The notes: generated by a model not told the origin, from the sequence alone. A stretch of DNA of 64,000 nt from Paragordius varius (GCA_964247055.1 OZ176056.1:1488001-1552000), one strand, 5' to 3'; numbered from the stretch's first letter, positions 48,289 to 63,089 are shown. A program made the numbers and translations.

Positions 48289-51200
48289 TTAAAATAAAGT
48301 TTGTAATAAATAAAATCTTTTTATGCGTTTTATATTGTTTCCATCATACTTTATTAATGTATTATAAAATACGTTTTTACAAATAAAATATATAATTTAA
48401 TGATAAAGCATTATTTTAAGCTCATATCGCACGATATCGTCGCTTTAGTTTGTAAACACTTTATACCGAGGTTCAAAAGTTTAAAATTATACATAAACTT
48501 ACTTTCCAAAATTTTATTATATATTAACAAGTTTTACAAATTATATTGCGTTCAGTCTTAGGGTCATCTTAACAGTATTGAGCCAAGTATTTATTGTAAT
48601 AGAGCGGTGTAGGAATAGAATTAAGGGAATGTTCGAGATCCAATCATTGGGATATGTTTGGCTTATTACACTTGTAACCTGATTTTAGTCGTTTATCTCA
48701 ATTACATATCTCTAAACAAATGAATTATAACATAAGGTAAGTCGATTTCAAAATTTTCCATATGGACATGTGACTCATAAAAGTGAAAAAACTTTCTTAA
48801 ATGTATTGTAAGCACCAAAATTAAAAGCAGATGAGAATCCTACGTATTTTCACCAGAAAATAAGTTACTATAATCTTATTACCCGATAATGTGCAATGGT
48901 TTGGAAGAAAATTAAGTAAAAGTTGCATTAAAATCAAACGTGCTCTATCTATAAATAGAGTACGCATTTTAAAATTATATATTTTATTAAAAGGACTATG
49001 CTTATTGTAACACTTATTTATTAAAGGTTAATAATGCAAAAAGTGTGATTAAAATCACTGTTCCAGTAGCAACAAAAAATCGCATGGTTTTTTAATATTA
49101 TTTCAAGTTATCCCCTTGTCTATTTTTTTAAAACCACATGACACTAAAATGCGTGCCATCTTGACAAATTTGTATTCAAAAGGCATGTGATCGAATATGT
49201 TATTCTTGGGTTGTCCAGTTTTAGTGTTAAACCGACCGACTGTCTCTATAAATCCATAATTCCATAATTATAGCCTAAATTTTACTGAAATTATGGGTAA
49301 CACAATATAAAAACAAAATTTATCATTAAATTGGCACCTAATATTTAATATACTGTTACTATATGAACAAAAAAACTTGATATTTAAATTTAATGATTAT
49401 ATGATTTATTTCGAACAATGTTCCATCATATCGAGCTTAAGAGGTATGATTGGTTTAGATTATTAGCGATTACAGGCCTTTTTGACCTAGCCTTCGAAAA
49501 ACAAATTTTTTAGTTTTTACTGTAAAAACAAATCGTATCTTTGAATGATATTTAGTTTACATTGTGATATTTAGTAAAAAGAAATAAATCCATACGTGGC
49601 TACAGACAGTAAATTATAGCCTCTCCTTTTAACCATGTAAATAGTTTATATTTGATTGTTATGGAAATTCCCAAAACTGTATAGTAGTAAACATTTGAGT
49701 ACATTCGATCGATAAGTTTGAAGAAATTAACATTATATCAGTTAGTAAGAAAACATATTATTTTAACACGTAAGCAAAGGTACAAAGGTTGCTAATACAA
49801 AATACTAGCTTTTTTAACCAACTATCAATTTGTAGATAATTTAATATATTTTTATATTATTTATTTTTATTATCTTTTTTCAATCCACATCACAATTCCA
49901 ATAAAAATGGTTAAGAACATTTACAAAGCCGTGCTTGAGGTAAAACTTAATTATTTTAATATAATTTAAGCAGGACTGACACAAGTGGCTTAATATTTTT
50001 GTAGTTTCAAGAAAAAATTTGCAATATTTATTATACGATGCGATAATTTATAATTTTTCTTAGATTTAGATATTTTTGCATGAATTTTAAATAATTGGCG
50101 GTTAACGTAATATTTCGGAGGCCTGTTAATGATTTAAAGGTTATAACAAAATATAAAGATTGTTGTCAAATGATCTACAAATTCTTAAAAGTTTGACATA
50201 AAAAGACCTATTTTTACACCATTTCCGCTGCTTGCATTTTATTGCTATCAAATATGTCAAAAATCAATTTTTTTATACAATAAAAATTAATGGTATTTAT
50301 TTATCACATCACTTCCTTGCTTAATTTTCATCCTGCGATTTTAATATATATACATATATAAATATATATATATATATGTAAGTATTGTTGGAACTGATTA
50401 ACCATTTACGATTTAAATTCACCTTAAAAATAAATTATGTGTTCATCATTAATGTGAAATATATCTTATTAGCATAGTTTATTATTTTAATTTTAAAAAA
50501 TAATTTATATTTAACTGACTAGACTAAGCTCGGCCAATTTATAAATATATAATAAATATAGAATTTGTAATATAATGGCCCTACTTTTTCAAATAAAAAT
50601 CAATTCAAAGCAACATTGTACATCTCCATTATGATAACGTTTACTAATTTTATATCCCATAACTCAATCTTTAAAACGGGATTATTTTTATGATTTGTTG
50701 TTTAACTTTGGTTTTTTGATATCAATTTCAAGTTGCTCTTTTTTATATTTTTTAAGCCCATATGACACTAAAATGCGTGCGATCTTGACAAATTTGTATT
50801 TAAAAGGCATCTGGTCGATTATTTATCCTTGAGTTGGGTCCAGTTTTAGTGTAAAACCGACCGACTGTCTACCATAATTCCAAAATTGTCTAAATTATAT
50901 TGGAAATACGTTTTAATTCTATTATAAATAAAATTAATTTAAATTGGTACCTAAAATAGTGTCCAACAATATTAACAACGGCAATAAATTATAAATTCAT
51001 TAATTATATAATTTATTTCAATCCCCATTTTCTATCATATCAAGCTTAAGAGTTATAATTAGTTTGGTATATTATCGAATACAGGCCTTTTCGACCTAGC
51101 CCTTCGAAAAACAAATTTTTTAGTTTGTACTGTAAAAACAAATCGTATATTTGAATGGTATTTAGTTTACATTGTGATATTTACTAAAACGAAATAAATC

Positions 51201-51928
51201 CATACGTGGCTACAGACAAGTAAATTATATCCTCTCCTTTTAGCCAATAAAAAATAGTAAACATTTAAGTACATTCGATCGATAAGTTTGAAGAAATTAA
51301 CATTATACCAGTTAGTAAGGAAACATATTATTTTAACACGTAGGCAAAGGTATAAAGGTTGCTAATATATAATACTGGCTTTTTAAGTTTAATCAACTAA
51401 CAATTTTTTTAGATATTTTAAAATATTTTTATATTATTTATTTTTATTATTTTTCTTTTCAAACCACATCACGATTCCAATAAAAATGGTCAAGAACATT
51501 TACAAAGCCTGGCTTGAGGTAAAACAAACATTTTAATATAATTAAAGCAGGACTGCCTAACACAAGTGGCTTAATATTTTTGTAGTTTCAATAAAAATTA
51601 GCTATATTTATATTTTTTACTTAGATTTAGAGATTTTTGCATGAAAATATGTATTTATTCAGTACTTTTTAAAATAATTGGTGGGTTAACGTAATATTTC
51701 GGAGGCCTGTTAAAGATTTAAAGGTTATTATAAAATATAAAGAATGTTGTCAAATGATCTACAAATTCTTTTGACATAAAAAGACCCATTTTTACACCAT
51801 TTCCGCTGCTTGCATTTTATTGCTATCAAAAGCAAAAATCATTTTTATAAGACAATAAAAGTTAATGGTATTTATTTATCACATTACTTCCTTGCTTAAT
51901 TTTCATCCTGCGATTTTAATATATATAC

Positions 51929-51975
<47 letters not shown>

Positions 51976-53555
51976 AGTATTGTTGGAACTGATTAACCAT
52001 TTACGATTTAATTCACCTTAAAAATAAATTATGTATTCATCATTAATGTGAAATATATCATATTAGCATAGTTTATTATTTTTTCAGTATTATTTTAATT
52101 TTAAAAAATAATTTATATTTAACTGACTAGACTAAGCTCGGCCAATTTATAAATATATAATAAATATAGAATTTGTAATATAATGGCCCTACTTTTTCAA
52201 ATAAAAATCAATTCAAAGCAACATTGTACATCTCCATTATGATAACGTTTACTAATTTTATATCCCATAACTCAATCTTTAAAAGGGGATTATTTTTATG
52301 ATTTGTTGTTTAACTTTGGTTTTTTGATATCAATTTCAAGTTGCTCTTTTTTATATTTTTTTAAGCCCATATGACACTAAAATGCGTGCGATCTTGACAA
52401 ATTTGTGTTAAAAGGCATCTGATCGAATATTCTTGAGTTGGGTCCAGTTTTAGTGTAAACCGACCGACTGTCTACCATAATTCCAAAATTGTCTTGGAAA
52501 TACGTTTTAATTCTATTATAAATAAAATTAATTTAAATTGGTACCTAAAATAGTGTCCAACAATATTAACAACGGCAATAAATTATAAATTCATTAATTA
52601 TATAATTTATTTCAATCCCCATTTTCTATCATATCAAGCTTAAGAGTTATAATTAGTTTGGTATATTATCGAATACAGGCCTTTTCGACCTAGCCCTTCG
52701 AAAAACAAATTTTTTTAGTTCTTACTGTAAAAACAAATCGTATATTTGAATGGTATTTAGTTTACATTGTGATATTTACTAAAACGAAATAAATCCATAC
52801 GTGGCTACAGACAAGTAAATTATATCCTCTCCTTTTAGCCAATAAAAAAACTAACATGGCCAATAGTAGAGTTCGTTAGTGTAAAAAGTACGTATGTATT
52901 TGCTTGTTATAAAAATTCCCAAAACTGTAATGTTGTAAACATTCGAATACATTCGATCGATAAGTTTAAAGAGCTTAACATTATACCAGCTAGTATGAAA
53001 ACATATTATTTTAACACGTTAGCAAAGGGAAAAAGGTTGCTTATATATAATACTGCCTTTTAAAGTTTAATCAACTAACAATTTTTAGATAATTTAATAT
53101 ATTTTTATTAATTATTTTTTTTTATCTTTTTTTCAAACCACATCACAATTCCAATAAAAATGGTCAACATTTACAAAGCCGGGCTTGAGGTAAAACTTAA
53201 TCATTTCAATATAATTTAAGCAGGACTGCCTAACACAAGTGGCTTATTATATCTGTAGTTTCAATAAGAAAAAATTAATATTTATTTTTTTACCGAGACT
53301 CTAAAACTTTTAAATTATGATCCAATATGATAAAGAAAATAAGAAATAAATATTTATATAACAAAAATTAAACCCCGGGACGAACACCTCGTATTTTTGT
53401 AAATCATATGAGAAATTCGTAGTTTTATCTTAAAACAACCAATTGAAGGTAATCATAACAAAAACATTTCTTAATAATTTAATTAAGTCTGTTTACGAAT
53501 GTTGTTTTTTACATTGTTTAATTAGTTCATCTAAGTAAATAACCTTTCTTTTTAA

Positions 53556-54127
53556 CACTTGGATACAACACACTCATTTCCTTCGATTCAAATTGGGGTA
53601 GTTGGGTACCCGAGGCCTGTTCAGAATCAAATATTTTAAAAAGTATGGAAAGAATCATAACCATGGCGAAATTATGCACTAATATAACATTAATAAACCG
53701 AAATATATAAAAAAATTTATTCAAAAATACTAGATATTATATATTTTAAACCATAACCGAAAGGTAAAAATTTCGTCAACGTGACATGTGTGAAATAGAA
53801 AAATTAAAAAAAATACAAAATAAATCGCTTTTTCTATTTTTATCAATGTTAGTTATTCAAATAAAAAAGCTTTAATTTTACACTTAAAATTAAATGAGCA
53901 CGATATTTTGCAAAAAATGTTAAAATAAAAATGGCGTCGATGCAGTTTGACATGGAACTTTTTTTTTTCAAAACAAAATTTTATTAAGATATTTTGGCAT
54001 ATTTATATAATTTATATTAGGATAGAAGCATAAATTCAAATTGGGATGGTTTCCTTCAGTAGTTTTTTATAAGTATTAATTTTAATTTAGCCTCGGGTAT
54101 TTAGATACCCCAATTTGAATCGAAGTG
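53556..54127 (-). mobile_element. piggyBac-like MITE copy
   Basis: Near-identical to 41959-42529. Confidence 0.8.
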
Positions 54128-55096
54128 TTAAAATAAAGTTTGTGATATATTAAAATCTTTTTATGCGTTTTATATTGTTTTCATCATACTTTATTGTATC
54201 ATAAAACGTTTTTACAAATAAAATATTATATTTTATCATTATAAAGCATTATTTTAAGCTCATATCGCACGATCTCGTCGCTTTATTTTGTAAACACTTT
54301 ATACCGAGGTTCTAGAGTTTAAAATTATACATAAAATTGTTCTTCAAATATAGATTTAAATTATATATTATAACAAGTTTTACAAATTATATTGCGTTCA
54401 GCCTTGGTGTCATTAAAAAGTATTGAGCCAAGTATTTATTGTAATAAAGCGGTGTCGAAATCGAATTAAGGGAATATTTTAAATCCAATCATAGAGATAT
54501 GTTTAGCTTATTCGCACAGCTTGTTTTCCGCCTGATTTTAGTCGTTTCGATATCTCAATTATACATATCTCTAAACAAATGAATTATAACATAAGGTAAG
54601 TCGATTTCAAAAATTTCCATATGGACATGTGGATCAATAAAAGTGAAAAAACTTTCTTAAATGTATGGTAAACACCAAAACTAAAATGAGAATCCTAGGT
54701 ATTTTCACCAGAAAATAAATCTTTAAATACTTAATAATTTTCAATGGTTTGGAAGAAATTAAGTAAAAGGCGCATTGAAATCAAGCGTGCTTTAGGTATG
54801 ACTAAAATTATGCATTTTCAAATTATATATTTTTTATAAAACTGCTTATTGTAACACTAACTATATTATTTAAAGTCAATAATGCAAAAAGTGTGATTAA
54901 AATCACTGTTCCAGATAGCACCAAAAAAGCTTGCCTATCGGGCGATTTTTATTTTTTACTGGGCTGTTATTAAACTACCTGGTTAGTAATCTTTTTAAAT
55001 GACTTCTGCGACAAAATTAACAAAAGCCAAATACAATGCAGTAAAGGAAATTTTACTGAGTTTTTTTTAAATTAAATTATTTATGGATGGAATTAG

Positions 55097-58000
55097 ATGT
55101 GTGCCCTCTGTATTATCCTGATGCAATTAACCTATGTGGCTCCACAAACCTTTGAAAATATGAGCATTGGATTCGAGATATACTATGAAAGTCAATGTAG
55201 GGACAGTAAAAACTTTATTGTTGATCAAATCTTACCATTTTTGGCCAATTTTAACAATGTTTCAACGTCATCTGAAAAGGCTCTGCTTTCTATTGAATTT
55301 ATTCCGTTTGGAAAAGCTAACGTAAATACTTTATTTTAAAAATTATTTTAAACATGCAAGCAGTGTTAGAATTCCTTGAATAAAAATTATGAAAATATAC
55401 AATAAAAAAGGCTTTGTGCGGATTATGATTTAAACAAACATAAGCTAGTAAATCGTATTTCGATAATGTTGTTAGTTCAAAATGCGCCATATATTTTTTA
55501 TATTAACGTAATATAATTTTTAAATAAAACCCTAAATTTTGTATATTTTATGTCATGCATTTTCAAAAATTAAAATAAAGGAGAATTTAAAGAGTTAAAT
55601 GTCTGCAAGATTAAAAAATCTTTGATAAAAATTAATTTAAATTATTATAAAATAAAGCTTTAGGATTCAATTTAACACTTAAATACAACACATTCATTTT
55701 GGTCCTTCGATTCAAATTGGGGTAGTTAAATACCCCAGTCTTGGTTTAAATTAAATTCTTTAAAAAATATGGAAGAAATCGAAACCAAGGCAAAATTTTG
55801 CTCTTATAACAATAATAAACCGAAATATATAAAATAAATTACTCAAAAATTCTTGATATTACTTATTTTAAGCTAAAACCGAAAGGTAAAAATTTCGTCA
55901 ACGTGTAATATGTAATATGTAAAATGGTAAAATTGAAAAATACAAAATAAACCGCTTTTTCTATTTCTATCAATGTTAGATGTAATTTAAATAAAAAATT
56001 AGCTTTGATTTTCCTCTTAAATAATGAAGACGATATTTTGTAATTTTGCATAATAAAAATGGCGTCGAAGTAGTTTGACATGAAACTTTTTTTTCAAAAC
56101 AAAATTTTATTTGGATATTTTGGCATATTTATATAATTTTTATTAGGATAGAAGCATAAATTAAAATTGGTACCGTTTCCTTCAGTAGTTTTTTAAAAAT
56201 CCTAACTTATATTTAGTCTGGGGTTTTTGGATACCCCAATTTAAATTAAAGTCTTAAAAAACTTGTAGATCAGCCTCTTTTATTTTTCTTAATTAACACT
56301 TCATTCCCTTTTCACTTTTTTATCCTAGTTTACCTTTTGTGGTAGTTTTATGTCACAGAGGTAAATTTTGTAAATAAACTACTGTTATATAATTTATTTT
56401 AGTTAAGATTAATTATCAAAAATTGTTCTTATGCTTTAGCAAAAAGCCTATATTTTTTACAGTTTTGTTTCTATAGTCTAAAATTGGGACAGTAAAACAG
56501 GATTGAACAGCTTACATTTAAAAATTTTGCTGATAAAACATAGCCTAAAAGCTTTTTAAAGTTGATTGTTTACATTTTATAACCATAACATAATATAAAT
56601 TTATTTGCCTGTTCTATGGCGATTCAAAATATTTATAGAAAGAATGGCGGTGCATGAGAAAATTTTTTTTTATACATTTTGCATTTTTTTAAAAAAAAAT
56701 TTGTATTATAAATTCGGCCTAATACCTTAAATGCTTTTCATTATATTCAAATTTCGAATCGCTTTGGGTTAAAAAACTACTCCAAAGGGTAATGGAGAGT
56801 TAAGCGTCCGATTAGAAAATTGGTTTTTATTAGTACAAAGTGCAATTGATAAATTACAATGTGTGTATGATTTTATTTTAAATAATAAAAAATATAATCA
56901 GAAGCGTAATAAATTGACAAATACTTTTTCCAAAGATCGCTGTACTATTTAAACTCAATTTTTTGTCCTAATTTATTGTTTTTAAAATGCAAGGTATGTA
57001 ATAGGAATGTGAATTGGTATAAAATCCATTACATGATTTACAAATGTAATAAATGGTTTTTCCAGATAAAGTAATGAGACCAGATAGGCTGTTTTTCGAC
57101 AGTGCTGGATTTTCAGAAAAAAACTGGACTGTACTTTTGTACTGCTTTTTGAAATTAAAATAAAAATAATTATTTATAAAATTATACCTTTTATTTATTC
57201 AAAAAAATTATTTTAGTATTGGAATTAATACCTTCTGTAAAAATAATCCCATATTTTGTAAAGTATGGTTTATTTTGCGGTAAAAAACTAAGATTGGCCT
57301 ATTTTTAAATGGTTAATATTTATTCTCTGTTCGAATTATACATAAAATTGGATTTTGGATCGGTCAAACCGCTTATGCAGCCTTTCGCCCAATGGCTCTT
57401 TCACTCAGGGCTTCCGCAAAAAGAGGTGCCTCAATTAAAATTAACATTAATTTATGCTATTTTCATTTATAAAAATTTTTTGTTATAAAAATCAAACGTA
57501 AATTGTATTCCCGTAAAATTAAGAATTTTTCACGTTTTATATACTCATTAGGTGAAAGGTTTGATATTAACTTTAATTTTTTTTAGTTTTCTTTTTTTAC
57601 ATTTAAAAAATTTAGATATTTTGTTGAAGCGTACTGCAAACTATTTTAAAGCATGATGGAAACGATTTAACTCTTCAAATTCTTTGATGTTGAACATTAC
57701 AACTGATTAAAATTTAAAGGTTAGTTTGTTTGAAATTTAATGAATTTTTCCAAAGAAATACTTATTCTGAGTGAGAAAACGTATATTCAATTATATATAT
57801 AGTGTTATTAAATTTTTACCGTTTATATCGTTTCCATCATGCTGAAAATAGTATGAAGTACGCTTCAACAAAATTTTGTTAAAAACTAAATTTTTGAAAG
57901 TATGCATTTATTTAAAAATATATTTAATTGATATCAAAATTTAACTTATATTTTAAATCATTGCACAATGTCGGAATCTTTGCGTTTTCTTTGGATGGCC

Positions 58001-60786
58001 AGTCCATTTAATACGAGCCAAAAAATTTGGGACTTTCAAAGCCCACATTTAAAAATTTAAACCAAAAGCACCATGATAATCCTGATATTTTCCTATCAGA
58101 ATATATTTATTTGATCGCGATATTTTTTGTGGAAACTGTGTAATATACCACACCGATGGTGTCGTTTTAATTTTGTACTCTGGTCACATTAAGATAAAAT
58201 AAGTTATAAAATTATGGTTAAATTTGGAAAAAAAATTATTTTATGTATTATGCTACAAAAAATAAAATGTTATTATATTTTCAATCAAATAATCTATAAT
58301 TTAGTACACCCTGACGAATGAATCCCGATATGATTTTGAAAATTGCCAACATGGACATCGTGAATGTGTTGGGAATAAATGGCATGTAATATAGTAAATT
58401 AAATTAAAAAGACGAACAAATAATAAAACATTTATACAGTTTTAAAAGACTTTTATAATAAAACTAATAAAAGTGGTTGTTTAAAATGCAATTTATTAAT
58501 TTTTCATTATACAGAAAATGCAGTTAAGCTTAACTACTTATATATCTTTTTAAAAAATAATCCACCTTAAATAAACCAGTTACAACTCAAATTCACCCTT
58601 GAACAACTTATTTTTACCCTTGAACAATTCAAATTCGACTTTAAAAAATTATGTCTTTTCGGGATAATATACTCATTACACTGTGCAACAAAATATGGGG
58701 TCAATTTTCTGGAGCTTATTTTAATAATATTTTCTGATTCCTTATGGTATCGTGATCAGATTTGCGTAAAAAAATTTTTTACTTACTCAGCTCGTTTTCG
58801 ATTATATGGGACTTTTTCCATATTTGGACACATCCAAAATTTTTGTTTGTAAATATTTTTCGCTATGTAAACAAATAATATGTGGCTTACATAAGTATTT
58901 TTACAAGATATTACCAATTTGTTTTCAATATAAAAAAAATCTACTCAAAATATTCAATACATTTTGTTCCAGGGGGCAAAAACCTTCAAAAACGGGGGAA
59001 GTTAACATTTTTTGACACAAATATTTTTCATCATCTTATTAAATGAAAACACATTTTATTTTATGTTCTTGGATGTTAATAATGTTTGTTTAATTATAAA
59101 TATCATTGTGTAATAGCTTTGTGGACTTTAATTTTTAAAAATAAATTTAATTTTTACAGCTTTTTTGCTGTTTTTTTTATGTAAAAAATGATTTAATTTA
59201 CTCAGCTGCATATATATGAAATATTTTTTTACGGCCTAAAATATTTTTACAAGTATTATGTTTTTCTTAAACGAAATTTCATTTTTTTGAATATAGAAAT
59301 ATGGGTAATTTTTAATATTCTAAAACTCACTATTTTAGGGCGAATATGAATTTTTAAAGGGTGGTGAATTGTTTGAGGGTGATTTGAGGTATAAATGGTA
59401 TATAAACGAAAATTAATTTTCTATCACAGTATTTATAACATTATTATATTATAGGCTTGTTCCCTTAAACATAACAGAGATCCAAGTTTCAAAGTTCTTA
59501 AATGTTTGTTTGAAAAATGTACCTGTAACCTTGAGAGTATGAAAGAGGTCATTTATTTATTTTTGTAATACTAATATTAATTAATTGCTAATTATCGATA
59601 GGAAAAATATTTTTTTGATCAAAAAAATTAAAACATATCACTATAGTGTGAAATAAGCAACTATTTATATGCATACGGTATATAAAAAGTAAAAGAATTA
59701 AATGTGCCAAATATTTGAATTATAGTTATAAGATTTTGTGATATTCTGTGTAAAAAATTTTAAATTAAGTTAAATTAAGCCAATTTTTTGTGTATAATCC
59801 ATATAAGTGTAGGATATTTCAGGTTTGATGTATATATTAAAAAAATAATAAGGTAATGTTTAAATATATTTTCTCGTGCAAATTTTCATATCAATTACAG
59901 CAATCGGAGTTACAAATTTTAGTTAAAATAATAGTATAGAGACAAAATGTAAAACTAAAAACAAATATTTTAAGCTTGGATACAACACATTTCAGTTGTC
60001 CGATTCAAAATGGGGTCTTTGGAGAAGACTGGTTTAATCAAATATGTTTGTTGGAAAATAGAAAAATATAATGATACACCGAAATATATAAAAAGATTCA
60101 TTCAAAAAACATTAATATTTATTTTATAATTAAACCAGGTAAAAATTTAGTCAACACGACAAGTGTGCTTTAGCTAAATATAAAAATAGTGGAAAATAAA
60201 CCCCCTCCTGATAGTTTCGATGTTCAATGTGATTTTAATAAAAAATTAGCTTAACTTTAGTTAGCGTTATAATGAAATAGACACGATATTTTGCAAAAAT
60301 GTTGTAAAATAAAAATGGCGACAAATTATTGATATAGTTTTTTAAATTTAACTCAAAGATTTCGGTTTATTTATTAAGTCTTATCAAGTTAGAAGCATAA
60401 ATTTAAAAAGAATGGTTCTCAATACGGTTTGGGGTCACTAGATACCGTAATTTCGAAGAATTAAAAGTATTGTTCACACATTAGATTATATATTTTAAAA
60501 TTTTTATTGTAAAGTTTATGTAATATATATCAATGTTTCAAAAAGTATGGTTATTTTTGAGAAAATATATATTCTTTTTCATTTGTATAATTTAATACTG
60601 TATCTTTTTATTTTTTAACATTTTTTATGGTATTTTGCTGTTTAGTGTATGAACAAAAGCGGTATAGATTACAATGCCACCAAACAATGTGTTGACACTG
60701 TCGATTTCGAATTAAAAGCAATGGGGGATAGAACTAGAGAGATGCTAAAAATGTACAATTATGTGCCCTTAGTTATTTTGAAAGGG
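55097..60786 (+). CDS. GILT (gamma-interferon-inducible lysosomal thiol reductase)-family protein; terminal exon(s) unresolved
   Basis: Phase-0 exons 55097-55321, 58305-58385, 59455-59547, 60646-60786. Motifs: signal-like N-terminus, IYYESQCRDSKNFI..QI, IPFGKA, the signature CQHGHRECVGNKWHAC (CQHGx2ECx2Nx4C), and YVPLVIL. Candidate last exons lie at 60955 (DISCLM*) or 62378 (GNLTVCPP*). Confidence 0.88.
55676..56253 (-). mobile_element. piggyBac-like MITE copy in GILT intron 1 (one end degenerate)
   Basis: TTAA-CACTTAAATAC...CCTTCGATTCAAATTGGGGTA; the interior is homologous to the other copies. Confidence 0.7.
59974..60470 (-). mobile_element. Old, degenerate piggyBac-like MITE copy in GILT intron 3
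   Basis: CTTGGATACAACAC...CCGATTCAAAATGGGGT and diverged interior motifs. Confidence 0.5.
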
Positions 60787-62605
60787 GTATGAAATCTTTT
60801 TTAGATCTTTTAAATTAAAAAAATATTTTTTACTTTAAAATTAACGGAAGAACCGGAATCGGATGTATTAAAATTTTGGAATTTCGTTTTAAATGAAAAA
60901 AAACGTTGCAAAATAGTTTTCTTTCAAAATTAATTGTTATTATTACGAATTTAGGACATCAGTTGCCTTATGTAATTAAATTTAATTTTAAAAAAAAATT
61001 AATTAATTTTAATTATTTTACTGTTTGCATTTAATCGAATTTATTCGGGGCCAAAAAAATTTGAACTGGAAGCTTAATTCTAAAAATATGCCGAGTTGGA
61101 ACCGAAGCCAGAAAGCAATTTGAAATTATACTATTCCCTAAAATTAAGTTCTAATACTCTACCTACAAGATATTAATAATTTTAATCATGTTTTATATGT
61201 GTGATTTATAATTTATAAAGCCTTGCTATAGAGAATAATATTAGGGAAATTATTTATTGCATTTAGCAAAACCATAGCATGCATATACAAAACAGATCTG
61301 AAACCGATTTTTCTGGCCTTGTGTGCGAGTTAATGGTAAAAACTTTATATTAAAATTGAGTTATCACAGTATTATTATCTCACTAATTTAAGCTTTTATA
61401 TATATATTCTACAAATCAAAGGTTTAAAGTTTTTTTAAACCCTAGGTTCCATGGTAAGATTTTTATCTATTACCTTTTCACTTTTTTGCTTAGTTTACCT
61501 TCTGGAGGAGTTTTATTCAGCGCTCAATTATTTTAGTTATAATTTAATTAGTATCAGTATATCAAACATTGTTCTCATGTGTCAGATAAAAAAGGCTGAT
61601 TTAATGGGATGATATTAAAATCAAAATATAAGCTTTTGCTGTTAAAATGTAGCCTGAAAACTCTTCAATATTAATTATTTACATTTTGTAACCTTAATAT
61701 GCATTTGTTTGTCTGTTGCAAAAGCGATTTAAAAAATGGAAAATGGCGGCAAAAAGGGAGGATTTTTTTAGAATTCTACATTTTTTTTAAAAAAATTTTG
61801 TATAATGCTCCTAAAAGTGTAAACAAAGCATATTTTAAAATTCAGCTTAATAACTTAAATACCTTTTTAATATTCAAATTTAAAGGCTCTCTGGGATATA
61901 AAATTATACCAAAGGTACTGGAGTGTTTTAAAATTATCTTAATTTACTTTTTCCCATAATTTTTTTAGTTTTCTCCGTAAATGCATAAATTGAAAATTAT
62001 TTTTTACTTAATAACTTATGGTGTTATAAAAACTCATTCAATAGCGTCTTTAGGATACTTTTTAAATTTTGCAAATTAAAATGATTGACAAAATAGACTA
62101 TTTTCCGCTAAGTAGGATATAACCACTAGTGTATTTGTATGCCCGTAGTTTTTAAATTGTAAATAATTAATTTACAATCTTTAAATTTCATTTTGTAATA
62201 ACTTTTATAGTTTATTATGAGTAAAAAAATGAAGACATTAATAGGTTAAAATATAATATAAATCGGAATTTTTTTTATAAAAATTTCAAAATTTTATGAT
62301 GGAAATATTTTTGCGACAAATGATCGGTCATAAGGTAAATTACATTTTTTTATTAATTTGTTTTCATATATTTGCAGGGCAACCTAACTGTTTGTCCACC
62401 GTGAAAATTTACAAGATATTTCATATTATCCCAAATTAATCGAAATATGTTTATGATTTTTAAACATAATTTATATAATAATGGGTTTATTACATGATTC
62501 TTTGGATAGGTGTTGGGAAAAATAATTTGTATCTTTCATTTATGGTTCAATAAATCAATATAGATTGGGGGTATAAAATATTAATTTTAGCTATATATTA
62601 TAAAG

Positions 62606-62913
62606 ATGGGGTGTCCAACATACAAATGGCTTCGCGGGTCGCATTTATGATTCATAAAACTGACAGGGGCAGTATTCGAAATTTATATATGGACATTCAT
62701 AAGGAATTTTTTAGATTTACCAAACATAAAACCAGAAAATGCAGATATAGTAATTTTTTTTTAATTCTTGCCTATTAGATAGAGTTATTTATAAAAATTG
62801 AGGAAATATTAATTTTATTAAGATTTTATGAGAATATTTTTTTAATCTATGGATACCGAATTTTTCGCGGGTCCCACCCAAAGTTACAAGACTATTTGTG
62901 TTGACTACCCCTG
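62606..62913. mobile_element. hAT-like MITE
   Basis: Ends ATGGGGTGTCCAAC / GTTGACTACCCCTG; the 8-bp flanks TTATAAAG / TTTTAGAG match at 6 of 8 positions. Confidence 0.5.
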
Positions 62914-63089
62914 TTTTAGAGTGTAATTTGCGCTAAAGGTTTAATCTGTAACTTTGGCCTTTTATTTACATGTATAACAGTTAAGATTTCTACAGTATAA
63001 AATTTGGATAGCGTCTAAATCCGAATGGAACAAACAGCTGATTTAAAATAAATATGCAAATATTTACCATAATTAATCATTTATATTAA

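Larger units (their letters stand above)
40200..54900. repeat. Tandem segmental array, about 5 units of 1.6-3.3 kb
   Basis: The marker CATACGTGGCTACAGACA recurs near 40750, 43706, 49590, 51200 and 52797. The first and last units are nearly identical (identical ORFs 41930..42127 and 53527..53724). Confidence 0.9.
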
